Shown: positions 9,575-18,727 of the stretch, in pieces
Position numbering within the stretch: position 1 is the stretch's first letter
Layout of the letters: every line of letters begins with the position of its first letter
Origin: an uncultured Chloracidobacterium sp.
Lineage (GTDB): Bacteria; Acidobacteriota; Blastocatellia; Pyrinomonadales; Pyrinomonadaceae
DNA length: 64,000 bases
Direction of reading: 5' to 3'
NCBI GenBank assembly: GCA_964605905.1
Contig: CAZSEL010000011.1
Span: 36,019-100,018, forward strand
The notes under the pieces: model-generated
What the model was told of the DNA's origin: nothing
Seen by the model: only the letters and a program-made list of their open reading frames with translations
Databases searched by the model: none
Translations under genes and position numbers: made by a program

Positions 9575-9585
9575 TTGTTTATTTT

Positions 9586-9649
9586 GCCACGAACGAACAC
9601 GAAAAGACACGAACAGGCGTTTCTTTATCGTCTTTATTTCGCGGGTAAC
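9586..9649. repeat. Decayed CACGAA-word hairpin; right arm overlaps the tatD 3' end
   Basis: GCCACGAACGAACACGAAAAGACACGAACA .. TTTCTTTATCGTCTTTATTTCGCGGGTAAC. Confidence 0.5.
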
Positions 9650-10509
9650 TCTAATCTGAAAAAATCCAGAAAGTTTTGCGTCGTTTGCTGTGCGAGCTTT
9701 TCGACATCAATACCATACATTTCAGCCAGAAATTTTGCCGTATGAGCGACATACGCCGGTTCATTACGTTTGCCTCGAAAAGGAATCGGCGTCAGAAAAG
9801 GGCAATCGGTCTCGACCAGCAATTTATCAAGCGGCACAACTCGAGCAGCGTCGCGAAGATTTTCAGCCTTTTTAAATGTCACGTTCCCCGCAAACGAGAT
9901 CAAAAATCCCAGCGACATGAGGGCCGTTGCCATTTCCGGCGTGCCCCCGAAGCAGTGCATTATACCCGCAAGGTTCGGCTGATGGCTGGCAGCTGATGGC
10001 TCGCGGCTGACATTTAAATTCCAGCTTCCAGTTTTCAGTTTCGAGTTTCCAGCTTCGGCGGAAAATTCTGCATTCAATATTTCGAGCGTATCGTCATCAG
10101 CGTCGCGGCTATGAACTATGATCGGCAGGCCTAATTCTCGTGCGGTTCTTATTTGTCTTCTGAAAACCTCACGCTGCACGTCTCGCGGGCTGTGGTCGTA
10201 GTAATAATCCAACCCGATCTCGCCCCACGCGATCACTTTTTTTGAAGATTTTACTAGATCTATCAGGTGAGCTTCGGCCTTATCGTCGTAAAGTTTCGCA
10301 TCATGCGGATGAACGCCGACGCTCGCAAAAACATTGTCGTATTTCTCAGCAACCGCGACCGCTTTCCGAAAATCATCCGAACCCGGATCGCCCGTCCCAA
10401 CACACAACATCGCCACAACGCCCGCATCCCTCGCCCGCTGCGCAACCTCATCCCGGTCCGCATCAAACGCCTCACCGTCAATATGGCAATGGGAATCGAT
10501 TAGGACCAT
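9634..10509 (-). CDS. tatD: TatD-family hydrolase carrying an in-frame insert of about 28 aa
   Basis: MVLIDSHCHID, IVHSRDA, HCFGG, ETDCPFL. Extra segment AEAGNSKLKTGSWNLNVSREPSAASHQPNL sits between conserved blocks. Confidence 0.9.
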   Translation of the reverse strand: MVLIDSHCHIDGEAFDADRDEVAQRARDAGVVAMLCVGTGDPGSDDFRKAVAVAEKYDNVFASVGVHPHDAKLYDDKAEAHLIDLVKSSKKVIAWGEIGLDYYYDHSPRDVQREVFRRQIRTARELGLPIIVHSRDADDDTLEILNAEFSAEAGNSKLKTGSWNLNVSREPSAASHQPNLAGIMHCFGGTPEMATALMSLGFLISFAGNVTFKKAENLRDAARVVPLDKLLVETDCPFLTPIPFRGKRNEPAYVAHTAKFLAEMYGIDVEKLAQQTTQNFLDFFRLELPAK

Positions 10510-10682
10510 TTGGTTTCAGGATCTGTTTTGGTCTCGTCAGGATTCTCTACTTCTTCTCCACCGATGATCCGAAATGTAACGCCTTTCTTGTACGCTTCTG
10601 CAAATCGATTCGGTTTAGCTTTCGAATAATCTAAATCGTAGTGAGGCAGCAGATCGTCGTTTTCGTCCAATTCAATTTGCAT
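10500..10682 (-). CDS. Short BrnA-like (antitoxin N-terminal motif) ORF, possibly degenerate
   Basis: MQIELDENDDLLPHYDLDYSKAKPNRFA. Its ATG lies 1 nt after the brnA stop, and it overlaps the tatD start. Confidence 0.45.
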   Translation of the reverse strand: MQIELDENDDLLPHYDLDYSKAKPNRFAEAYKKGVTFRIIGGEEVENPDETKTDPETKWS

Positions 10683-10683
10683 A

Positions 10684-10899
10684 CTACTTTGCGGGAAGTT
10701 CAGTGCGGTGTTTTTCGGTGATGCGGATGAGAAAACGAAGTGCTTCATTTACCGAATCGGAATCGGGGAAGACTCTTGCTACATCAACATCGAGTTTTAT
10801 CTGATTGAGCAGACGCCGACCTTCACCAACCCGTCGAATCTTGTATTTAGTCAGGTCGTATTCCGGCCTTAATTCATCATTCAAAATGTCCGTGTTCAT
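10684..10899 (-). CDS. brnA: BrnA-type antitoxin
   Basis: LRPEYDL..IKLDVDVARVFPDSDSVNEALRFL. Overlaps the brnT stop. Confidence 0.65.
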   Translation of the reverse strand: MNTDILNDELRPEYDLTKYKIRRVGEGRRLLNQIKLDVDVARVFPDSDSVNEALRFLIRITEKHRTELPAK

Positions 10900-11161
10900 A
10901 ATTTCGTCGTTCTTTCGGAGTAAGTTCCCGAGCACTGATAATTCTAACTTTATTGTCGCGTTCTGTGAATGAAATTATTAAGAAACGCTGTGCATTCGAT
11001 TCACCAATCATTAAAAACCGTTTTTCGTCGGCTGAATGATCGTGGTCAAAAAGCTCAATATTGAAATAGTCATTCCAAACTGTCGCCGCTTCTTCAAAAC
11101 CAACGCCGTGTTTAGACAAATTAGCTATCGCTTTTTCCGTGTCCCATTCAAATTGCATCAT
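10877..11161 (-). CDS. brnT: BrnT-family (DUF497) ribonuclease toxin
   Basis: MQFEWDTEKAIANLSKHGVGFEEA..RIISARELTPKERRNYE. Confidence 0.85.
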   Translation of the reverse strand: MMQFEWDTEKAIANLSKHGVGFEEAATVWNDYFNIELFDHDHSADEKRFLMIGESNAQRFLIISFTERDNKVRIISARELTPKERRNYEHGHFE

Positions 11162-11697
11162 TGCTGTTCTAGAAATTTGAATGAACCGACGAATTTCCTA
11201 GCCATTTCTTCTATCTTTGCTCTATCTTCATTTTTCTCATATTTCCCGAATGCTTGAACGCCATAAACTCCTCTCGATTCAGCAATATTGAGTTGAAGTC
11301 CAAATACGTTTCCGCTGTCCACTTCCAACTCACGGGAAGCGTTAGCCGAAAATAGTTGGTTCTTAGCTTTAATTTGGGCCTTTGAGCCAATCATTGATCT
11401 GAGCGTCTGTTCCACTCCGTCGAGTTCTTCATCGGCCTTTGTTGGGTCAAAATCGTTGAACCTTTCGGGCAAAGATACGGAAAAACTGATTCCATTGAAT
11501 TCGCATTTAAAGGAATGAACAAAGGCCTCCTTTGGAACTTGCTGAAATAGTTTCTTTGAAATTTCAGGCTTACATGGAAACATAACTTCGAATAGAGCCT
11601 CCTCCGACTTGACCTTCGCCCATTCGGAGTTTTGAGCCGAACAGGACCAAGTAAGTGATATTAGAAGCAACCCGATACTAATCAGTAATGCTCTCAT
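11158..11697 (-). CDS. Hypothetical secreted protein
   Basis: Signal peptide MRALLISIGLLLISLTWSCSAQ. No recognisable domain. Confidence 0.6.
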   Translation of the reverse strand: MRALLISIGLLLISLTWSCSAQNSEWAKVKSEEALFEVMFPCKPEISKKLFQQVPKEAFVHSFKCEFNGISFSVSLPERFNDFDPTKADEELDGVEQTLRSMIGSKAQIKAKNQLFSANASRELEVDSGNVFGLQLNIAESRGVYGVQAFGKYEKNEDRAKIEEMARKFVGSFKFLEQQ

Positions 11698-13944
11698 TTA
11701 CTTCAACCTCGCTCCGATTTTAACATCTTCTAAAAACGTCGCTAATGCCGGTGCGTCTTCTTCGGTTAGGGAAGCGGCGCAGATCATGCCTTGGGATTCG
11801 AGGCCGCGCATTTTTCGGGGTTTTAGGTTGGCGACGACGACGACCTTGCGGCCGATGAGTTTTTCGGGATCGTAGTATTCGGCGAGTCCGGCGAGTATCT
11901 GACGAGGCTGTTCTTCGCCGAGATCGACCTCGAAACGGAGAAGTTTATCGGCTTTTGGAACACGGTCGGCGACTTTTATCTCACCGACGCGGAGTTCGAC
12001 CTTTAGGAAATCGTCGATGGTGATGAAGTTGTCCGAGTCTGCGGCGTCTATGCCCTCTCTTAAGGTCGGGCTACTGACACCATCGCCACCTGCTGACGCA
12101 GGCGGTACTGACTCCGGCGAGCCGGTCGCTCCCGGTTCTGACTGCTGACCGTCAGCCGCCGACTGCCGACTGCCAACTGCCTGCTCACTGCCCACTGTCC
12201 ACTGTCCACTGCTCTTGATCTCACTCATAACTTTATTCTTATCAATTCTCGGAAATATTCCTTCGCTCTCACCTATCGTCGTTCCGGCCGCGAGATCGCC
12301 CCATTTTAGACTCGCGGGATCGACATACAAAACATCATCTTTCAAGCCTAACTGGGCGTAAATCTTGCCCGCCGATTCGGGCATTACCGGATAAAGCATC
12401 ACGGCCAGCCACCGGAGCGTTTCAGTCGCACGATACAGAACGGCATTTAATGATTCGGCCTGTTTTTCGTCCTTGACCAGTTCCCATGGCTTTGAGTCGG
12501 AGATCATCTTGTCAATGCGGGCGATCACTGTCCAAACCGTTTCAAGCGCCTGACTGAACTCAAAATTATCAAACCGGCGAATAAATTCATCACGGGCGTG
12601 TTCGAGCACCGAAACGATCTCGCCGCCGTCGGGATCCAACCCGGCTCGGCGTGCGTGCAGGTAATTTTCCTCGCTGATCTTTCCATTCGGGACAACACCG
12701 TCGCGGTATTTATGGATCATCGAGATGGTACGGCTCAATAGATTCCCGAGGCCGCTTGCAAGGTCAGAGTTCGCACGTTCGATCAAATTCGCGTATCCAA
12801 ACTTTCCGTCTTGTCCAAAAACCATTTCTCGCAGGACAAAATACCGCACGGAATCTGTCTGAAAATGCTGATGTAATACATCGACTTCTATCACATTCCC
12901 CAGTGTTTTACCCATCTTCCGGCCATCGGCATCGAGCCACATTCCGTGGGCATAAACTCGTTTAGGAAGCTCCAATCCGGCCGCTTTCAGAAACGAAAAC
13001 CAGTAAACAGTGTGAAACCTGAGAATGTCTTTTCCGACTAAATGAACAGCAGGCCAATAATGGGCGAAGCCTACATCCGAGTTTGGAATCCCTTCCCCAA
13101 GCTTCTCAAGAGTCGTCCCCGGATCTCTTTGGTTTATTTCCTTTACCAAGGTCTCGCCGCGTTGGGGACTTCCATAGCCCAGAGCCGTGATGTAATTAGA
13201 AAGCGCGTCAAGCCATACGTACATCACATGATTCTCATCATCAGGAACCGGAACGCCCCACGAAACCGATTTTTTCTCGCGGCTTATCGACAGGTCCTGT
13301 AGCCCGCCGCGAACAAACGACAATACCTCATTTCGACGTGCGTCAGGCCGCACCAAACCGGGATCGCCTTCGATCAGATCAATTAGAAAATCCTGGTAAT
13401 CCGAGAGCCGGAAAAAGTAACTTTCCTCCGAGATCTTATCGAGAGCGCGTTCGTGGATCAGGCAAAATGGAACGTCCGAGCCATCGGGCGTGTAATATTC
13501 GTCCTCCAGCTTATATGCGGCGCAGGGCGCGCAAAACCAGCCTTCGTAAAAGCCTTTGTAGATCGTGTCGTTTCCCTTCGGGGTCTTGTTTTTCGCGATC
13601 TCACGCCACAGATGCTGAACTCCTGCATAGTGAAACGGCTCGGTCGTACGCATAAAAATGTCGTAACCGCCGTTTTCAGTATCGAGCCCGAAGTCGTGAA
13701 ACATCCGCTTTAATTCGCCTGAAATATGATCGACCTGTTCCTTTGGCGAACGCCCATCTTTTTCAGCGGCACGCTGAATGTTTATGCCGTGTTCGTCTGT
13801 TCCGGTCAGAAAATACACATCAAAACCAAGCTGTTTCTTATATCGATGTATCGCGTCCGCGACAATAGTCGTATAAAGGTGCCCCAGATGCGGCAAGCTG
13901 TTGGCGTAATAGATCGGGGTTGTTATGTAGTAGGTTTCTGGCAT
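11698..13944 (-). CDS. metG: Methionine-tRNA ligase with C-terminal tRNA-binding domain and a repeat-derived linker
   Basis: YANSLPHLGHLYT (HIGH region), KMGKTLGN (KMSKS region). C-terminal domain FLKVELRVGEI..ADKLL. Confidence 0.95.
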   Translation of the reverse strand: MPETYYITTPIYYANSLPHLGHLYTTIVADAIHRYKKQLGFDVYFLTGTDEHGINIQRAAEKDGRSPKEQVDHISGELKRMFHDFGLDTENGGYDIFMRTTEPFHYAGVQHLWREIAKNKTPKGNDTIYKGFYEGWFCAPCAAYKLEDEYYTPDGSDVPFCLIHERALDKISEESYFFRLSDYQDFLIDLIEGDPGLVRPDARRNEVLSFVRGGLQDLSISREKKSVSWGVPVPDDENHVMYVWLDALSNYITALGYGSPQRGETLVKEINQRDPGTTLEKLGEGIPNSDVGFAHYWPAVHLVGKDILRFHTVYWFSFLKAAGLELPKRVYAHGMWLDADGRKMGKTLGNVIEVDVLHQHFQTDSVRYFVLREMVFGQDGKFGYANLIERANSDLASGLGNLLSRTISMIHKYRDGVVPNGKISEENYLHARRAGLDPDGGEIVSVLEHARDEFIRRFDNFEFSQALETVWTVIARIDKMISDSKPWELVKDEKQAESLNAVLYRATETLRWLAVMLYPVMPESAGKIYAQLGLKDDVLYVDPASLKWGDLAAGTTIGESEGIFPRIDKNKVMSEIKSSGQWTVGSEQAVGSRQSAADGQQSEPGATGSPESVPPASAGGDGVSSPTLREGIDAADSDNFITIDDFLKVELRVGEIKVADRVPKADKLLRFEVDLGEEQPRQILAGLAEYYDPEKLIGRKVVVVANLKPRKMRGLESQGMICAASLTEEDAPALATFLEDVKIGARLK
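12085..12212. repeat. Intragenic repeats in metG: one 28-nt REP copy plus about 11 tandem heptamers
   Basis: 12085-12112 GCCACCTGCTGACGCAGGCGGTACTGAC. 12138-12212 CTGACTG CTGACCG TCAGCCG CCGACTG CCGACTG CCAACTG CCTGCTC ACTGCCC ACTGTCC ACTGTCC ACTGCTC. Confidence 0.85.
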
Positions 13945-14360
13945 CAGGAAATGTCGCTTAGGGTTAAGGTTTTGATCGCATATCGCTTAAAAACGGGGTC
14001 ATTTGAAATAATCGTCATGGACTCGACGTTTGCCTGCGAGATTAGCAGCCGATCAAACGGATCGCCGTGAATTCTAGGAAGAGAATGAACTCGCGTAACG
14101 TGGCGCAGATCGATCGGTAAATGGTGATATTCAGCCAGTCTGACTCGATCCGGGAAAAAGACATCCGGAATTTCGGGGAGCCGCAACTTACCTGAACCGT
14201 ACTTGATCGACGCTTCCCATGTGCTCGCGTCCGAAAGGTAAAACTGGTTTGATTCGACGTCCTCAAGAAATGCTCTGGAATTTCGCGTAAAATCTGGCCG
14301 GTCGGCGAACATCCACAGGAAAATATGGGTATCAACCAGAAATCTCATCACTGCCATCAT
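13944..14360 (-). CDS. vapC: PIN-domain VapC-family toxin
   Basis: FLVDTHIFLW..SDASTWE..DPFDRLLISQA. The start may be ATG 14348. The stop overlaps the metG start. Confidence 0.85.
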   Translation of the reverse strand: MMAVMRFLVDTHIFLWMFADRPDFTRNSRAFLEDVESNQFYLSDASTWEASIKYGSGKLRLPEIPDVFFPDRVRLAEYHHLPIDLRHVTRVHSLPRIHGDPFDRLLISQANVESMTIISNDPVFKRYAIKTLTLSDIS

Positions 14361-14607
14361 CCTCGTCAGGAAAAATTTTCGGGTCGGTCATAAGTTCCAG
14401 CATATCCTCCGGCCATTCATCAAAATCATCCGCGATCCAAATCTTACCCGCATCCATTCCAAACCAATCCTTTTCCTTCTTTTCATAAGGAATAATACGA
14501 GCCTCAGGCACACCGTTTTTGGCAATCACAACATCTTCGCCATTTTTAGCCAGCTCAACGAGTTTACTGAGTCGCGACTTAGCTTCGTGCATATTTACTT
14601 TGGTCAT
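14332..14607 (-). CDS. Phd/YefM-family antitoxin
   Basis: MTKVNMHEAKSRLSKLVELAKNGEDVVIAKNGVPEARIIP. Overlaps the vapC start. Confidence 0.8.
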   Translation of the reverse strand: MTKVNMHEAKSRLSKLVELAKNGEDVVIAKNGVPEARIIPYEKKEKDWFGMDAGKIWIADDFDEWPEDMLELMTDPKIFPDEDDGSDEISG

Positions 14608-14671
14608 AACATCAACCTCAGCACAAATTATCCCATACTTAGCTAACCAAAGCAATCACATTAGCTAACCA

Positions 14672-16327
14672 CTAAGGAATACGCTTTTTGTCAGCACCAG
14701 AAAACTCATCCGTGTCCTTATATCGCGCCATTGTCGGCAAATTTGCGATCTTCATTCCAATTGCCAGGCCGAGTTCCGCATTCTGGATCATCGCTCCGGC
14801 ATCCCACCAGTCGTAATATTGGTCGGTCGTCTGGTGATAATATTTTGCGGTGTAATTGCTAAAGAAATTCAACGCTTCGCCTGTCAATGGCGTTACAAAA
14901 TCGTCGCCGTGACGGAGCGAAATTGCCGGTACGCCAACCTTTGCAAACGGAAAATGATCGGAGCGGAAGAAGAATCCTTGTTCAGGCCGCATATCGCCCT
15001 CAAGCGTCATTTTGCGTTCTGCGGCAATCGACTCAACGATCGAGCCGAGCGTCGAGCGTTCAGAACCAAGTGCCGAGAAATCCTTTGTCTTTCCAAAGAA
15101 ATTTACACCGTCGATGTTTACGTTACCGGCGATCTTGTTTAGCGGAACGAGCGGTTTTGCGGCGAAATACTCTGCACCAAGCAAACCCTGTTCTTCTGCG
15201 GTCGGGAACAGAAAATAGCTCGAACGCGTTGGGCGTTGTTTCTTCGGCATTTTCGCGATCGTTTCGCCGATTCCGATGACCGTGGCAACACCTGACGCAT
15301 TATCATACGCGCCGTTGTAAATGCGGTCGCCGGTCACATCCGCTTCGCCGACGCCAAGATGATCCCAATGCGCCGTGTACAGAACGTACTCGTTTTTCAG
15401 CTTTTTATCGCTACCCTCGATCATGCCGACGATGTTCGGCGAATCGAACGTCCTCATATCGGTTTTCATATCGATCTTTACGCGGAGATTTGTTTTTATC
15501 GGGCGAAAATTCCGTGTCGCTGCTTTGGCACGCATGCCTTCAAAATCAAGCCCGGCTTGAGCTATCACAGCCTTTGCGGCTTCATCGGTCATCCACGACA
15601 TAAGATTGAGAAACGGCGTTTTCGACCCCGGCTCGCGAGCGATCTCGGAACGTGCGCCGCCGAACGAAGTCCGAACAACATTCCAACCGTAACCGGCTGA
15701 TTCGGTCGTGTGGATAAGGATCACACCGGCTGCTCCACGTCGTGCAGCTTCCTCATATTTATATGTCCAACGACCATAATAAGTCAGTGCCTTGCCGCCA
15801 AAAAGGTTTGGCTCATCCGTCGTCGCAGGCGGATCGTTGACCATTATTATCAACACTTTGCCTCGGTAATCCTCGGTCGGACCGCTGTAATCGTTCCATT
15901 TGTAAAGCGGAGATTCGATGCCGTAGCCCATAAACACAACCTCGGCATCAACGGAAACATTCGGCGTTTGAGCACCGGTCGTCGCAACAAAATCGTCGCC
16001 GAATTTGAACGATTTGACCGCATCGGCACGTCCCGTAAACGTCATCTGGGTCGCCGGATCGACCTTTACCCCGACCAGTTTCACATTCTGAAAATAGCTT
16101 TTGCCGTTTCCGGGCTTTACACCCGCAGCCTTTAACTGTGCTGCGATATAGTCGGCGGCTTTTTTGCTTCCTTCGGTACCAGGGCCGCGGCCTTCGAATT
16201 CGTCAGCAGAAAGTCGTTTTACACGTTCAAGAATCTTTCCGGCGTCGATCTGAGCGGTAAAATCCTGCGCGATTGCTAGGTTGATCCCAAGTGCCAGTAT
16301 AGCGATGTAAAATACAGCTTTTTTCAT
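14672..16327 (-). CDS. M28-family metallopeptidase with PA domain, secreted
   Basis: Signal peptide. HWDHLG, YNGAYDNASG, EEQGLLG and SDHFPF motifs. Confidence 0.85.
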   Translation of the reverse strand: MKKAVFYIAILALGINLAIAQDFTAQIDAGKILERVKRLSADEFEGRGPGTEGSKKAADYIAAQLKAAGVKPGNGKSYFQNVKLVGVKVDPATQMTFTGRADAVKSFKFGDDFVATTGAQTPNVSVDAEVVFMGYGIESPLYKWNDYSGPTEDYRGKVLIIMVNDPPATTDEPNLFGGKALTYYGRWTYKYEEAARRGAAGVILIHTTESAGYGWNVVRTSFGGARSEIAREPGSKTPFLNLMSWMTDEAAKAVIAQAGLDFEGMRAKAATRNFRPIKTNLRVKIDMKTDMRTFDSPNIVGMIEGSDKKLKNEYVLYTAHWDHLGVGEADVTGDRIYNGAYDNASGVATVIGIGETIAKMPKKQRPTRSSYFLFPTAEEQGLLGAEYFAAKPLVPLNKIAGNVNIDGVNFFGKTKDFSALGSERSTLGSIVESIAAERKMTLEGDMRPEQGFFFRSDHFPFAKVGVPAISLRHGDDFVTPLTGEALNFFSNYTAKYYHQTTDQYYDWWDAGAMIQNAELGLAIGMKIANLPTMARYKDTDEFSGADKKRIP

Positions 16328-16394
16328 AATTAAAGTGTTGGGTTAAATGTCGTAAAACCGACAGTTAATGTAATTTCTCGGGAGAGAAACAGGC

Positions 16395-16976
16395 TTAGCC
16401 CTTTATCAGCGACATCGCCTCGGCTCGGGTTCTCGGGTCTTTTCTAAATCCGCCAAGCACAGCCGAAGTTATCGTGATCGCACCCGGTTTTTTGACGCCA
16501 CGCAATGTCATACAAGTATGTTCGGCCTCGATAACGACCATTACACCGAGCGGGTCGAGTTCGTCGAAGAGTGTATTCGCGATCTGCTGTGTAAGGCGTT
16601 CCTGAACCTGCAAACGGCGCGAGAAAATCTCGGCGATACGCGCAAGTTTTGACAGGCCAACTATACGGCCGCCTTTTGGGATGTATGCTATGTGGCATTT
16701 GCCAACAAAAGGCGCCAAATGGTGCTCGCATACTGACGCGATCGAAATATCCTTGACCAAAACCATCTCATCATGCGAATCGCCGGGCAATGGAACGATA
16801 TGCGATTTCGCGTCCTGCCACATTCCCTCGGTCAATTCGACATAAAAATCCGCGACTCGTTCGGGAGTTTTCTGCAAGCCCTCGCGGTCCGGGTCTTCGC
16901 CGATGCCCTCGAGCATCAATCGCACACCGGCGGCGATCATGTCACGGTCGATAGTTTTCTTGACCTTTTTTGCCAT
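16395..16976 (-). CDS. folE: GTP cyclohydrolase I
   Basis: CEHHLAPFVGKCHIAYIP, HTCMTLRGVKK. Confidence 0.9.
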   Translation of the reverse strand: MAKKVKKTIDRDMIAAGVRLMLEGIGEDPDREGLQKTPERVADFYVELTEGMWQDAKSHIVPLPGDSHDEMVLVKDISIASVCEHHLAPFVGKCHIAYIPKGGRIVGLSKLARIAEIFSRRLQVQERLTQQIANTLFDELDPLGVMVVIEAEHTCMTLRGVKKPGAITITSAVLGGFRKDPRTRAEAMSLIKG

Positions 16977-16981
16977 AGTTT

Positions 16982-18208
16982 TCAGCGTCCGACAGCGTTC
17001 GACAAAAGTTTGGCTTCCGCTATCGCTACATTATTTACGATACGAAATGCCACGCCTTTTTCCAAAGCGATCCGCCGCACGTCGTCGTACTCAGGCATCA
17101 CATTTACAATCTTGCCGCCCGACTTCGCAATTTTTACAGCGACATCGCCAAACTCGGTCGAAATGGAACGAAGCTCACGTTCGAGTGCGTGGCGTTCGAT
17201 GTTGCTGATTCGTACCCCTAGCGTCGTCGTTTCAGCATAGATCATTTCGATCACTCCTTCTTTTTTTTCCTTTTTGCACAGTATCGATACCAGAACGCCA
17301 GGCCGGTTCTTTTTCATCTGGATTGGCGTGAACCAGCAATCCAGAGCACCGATCTCAAATGCACGCTCCATAACAAACCCAATAATCTGCGGTGCCGAAT
17401 CGTCAATATTCGTCTCAATAAGAACCAATTGTTCAGCCTGTTTTCCGCTATACGCTGTCAGTTCTACACTATCAGGGAAATTTCCAGTTTCACTTACTGA
17501 ACCAATAAACATCCGCAAAACATTAGGAAAGCTCTCATATTTACGCGTTCCGGCGCCGTATGCCGTTATTTCAACCTGCATCTCAGGTATTGAGCCGTAA
17601 CTATCACATACAGTTGAGATTATCGCCGCTCCAGTTGGCGTGATTAGCTCGCCGACGATCTCGGTTGAATATATCGGAATTCCGGCAAGTAATTCAGCGA
17701 CGGCCGGTGGCGGGACGGGAAATTTTCCGTGTTCCATCTCAACAAAACCGCTGCCGACATGAATTTTTGAACACACAAAATGCTCAATTCCAAGCATTTC
17801 AAACCCGATGCACGCGCCGACCACATCAATGATCGCGTCCATCGCCCCAACTTCGTGAAAATGAACTTTTTCAATATCGATCCCGTGAACCTTTGCTTCG
17901 GCCTCGGCAAGGCGGTGAAATGTCTTCAGCGAGCGTTCTTTTACACTTTCGGACAATCCAGAATCTCTAATGATCGCCTCAATATGATGCAGATGGCGAT
18001 GGGCTTTTTCGTCCGGGACCACGACCTTTACATGAAGAGCGGAAATGCCAGACCGATCGACGGTTTCTAAAAGCAGATCGAATCCGGGAACTCCGAGTTT
18101 GGAGAGTTCCGTCTTGAGAATTTCCGGATCGACACCGGCGGCTATCAATGCCCCGAGGATCATGTTGCCGCTCGCACCGGCAAAGCAGTCAAAATACAGT
18201 GTTCGCAT
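16982..18208 (-). CDS. larC: LarC-family nickel insertion protein (DUF111)
   Basis: MRTLYFDCFAGASGNMILGALI from the internal ATG at 18208. Confidence 0.8.
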   Translation of the reverse strand: MRTLYFDCFAGASGNMILGALIAAGVDPEILKTELSKLGVPGFDLLLETVDRSGISALHVKVVVPDEKAHRHLHHIEAIIRDSGLSESVKERSLKTFHRLAEAEAKVHGIDIEKVHFHEVGAMDAIIDVVGACIGFEMLGIEHFVCSKIHVGSGFVEMEHGKFPVPPPAVAELLAGIPIYSTEIVGELITPTGAAIISTVCDSYGSIPEMQVEITAYGAGTRKYESFPNVLRMFIGSVSETGNFPDSVELTAYSGKQAEQLVLIETNIDDSAPQIIGFVMERAFEIGALDCWFTPIQMKKNRPGVLVSILCKKEKKEGVIEMIYAETTTLGVRISNIERHALERELRSISTEFGDVAVKIAKSGGKIVNVMPEYDDVRRIALEKGVAFRIVNNVAIAEAKLLSNAVGR

Positions 18209-18305
18209 CGTGCTGTAGTTTAGCGTTTTTCCTAACAAAAGAAAAAATCACGCGGCTTTTGAGACAAGTTCGGTGAGATCTACGCGTTCTGGTTTAGAGG
18301 GCTTT

Positions 18306-18650
18306 ATGCGAACACTAACATTAATCACAATTTTGGCGGCAACACTGATGGGCATTATGGCGACGGACACAATGGCGAATATTCGCATCCGTTTCCCGAA
18401 AGGCAAAAGTTCCGCAACGGTCAAAGGCAGGGTCGGCACCGGAGGGCGAGTCTGCTACTTTGTTCCCGGAAAGGCCGGCCAGACACTGACTGCGTCGTTA
18501 GACTCGACCTCGCTAAACACCCTAATGATGATCCTTGAAAGCGGCGAAAAGGATTACACATATATTCTCGACGTTTCCGGCCAGCCGTCCGTTTGCGTGG
18601 ATAATCTAGGCCGCGCCGGAGCTTTCAGTCTAGCGGTTTCGATACAGTAA
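18306..18650 (+). CDS. Small hypothetical secreted protein
   Basis: GAGGG lies upstream of ATG 18306. Signal peptide MRTLTLITILAATLMGIMA. Confidence 0.5.
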   Translation: MRTLTLITILAATLMGIMATDTMANIRIRFPKGKSSATVKGRVGTGGRVCYFVPGKAGQTLTASLDSTSLNTLMMILESGEKDYTYILDVSGQPSVCVDNLGRAGAFSLAVSIQ

Positions 18651-18663
18651 ATTCTGCACGTTT

Positions 18664-18693
18664 TTGCTAATCAACTATCGAGGCTCGTATAAT
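18664..18693 (+). promoter_or_regulatory. Candidate sigma70-type promoter for argS
   Basis: TTGCTA - 18 nt - TATAAT, 35 nt upstream of the argS ATG. Confidence 0.35.
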
Positions 18694-18727
18694 CGCTGTT
18701 TGTCCTGCTTGGACATAACCTAAACAG

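Noticed and set aside
9634-10701. TatD and BrnA both end in ELPAK-stop
   Set aside because: The underlying DNA matches at only about 12 of 18 positions. Five residues are too few to claim a shared repeat-derived tail.
16982-18208. larC without larB/larE as an anomaly
   Set aside because: The partner genes may simply be elsewhere, and the window alone cannot show absence.
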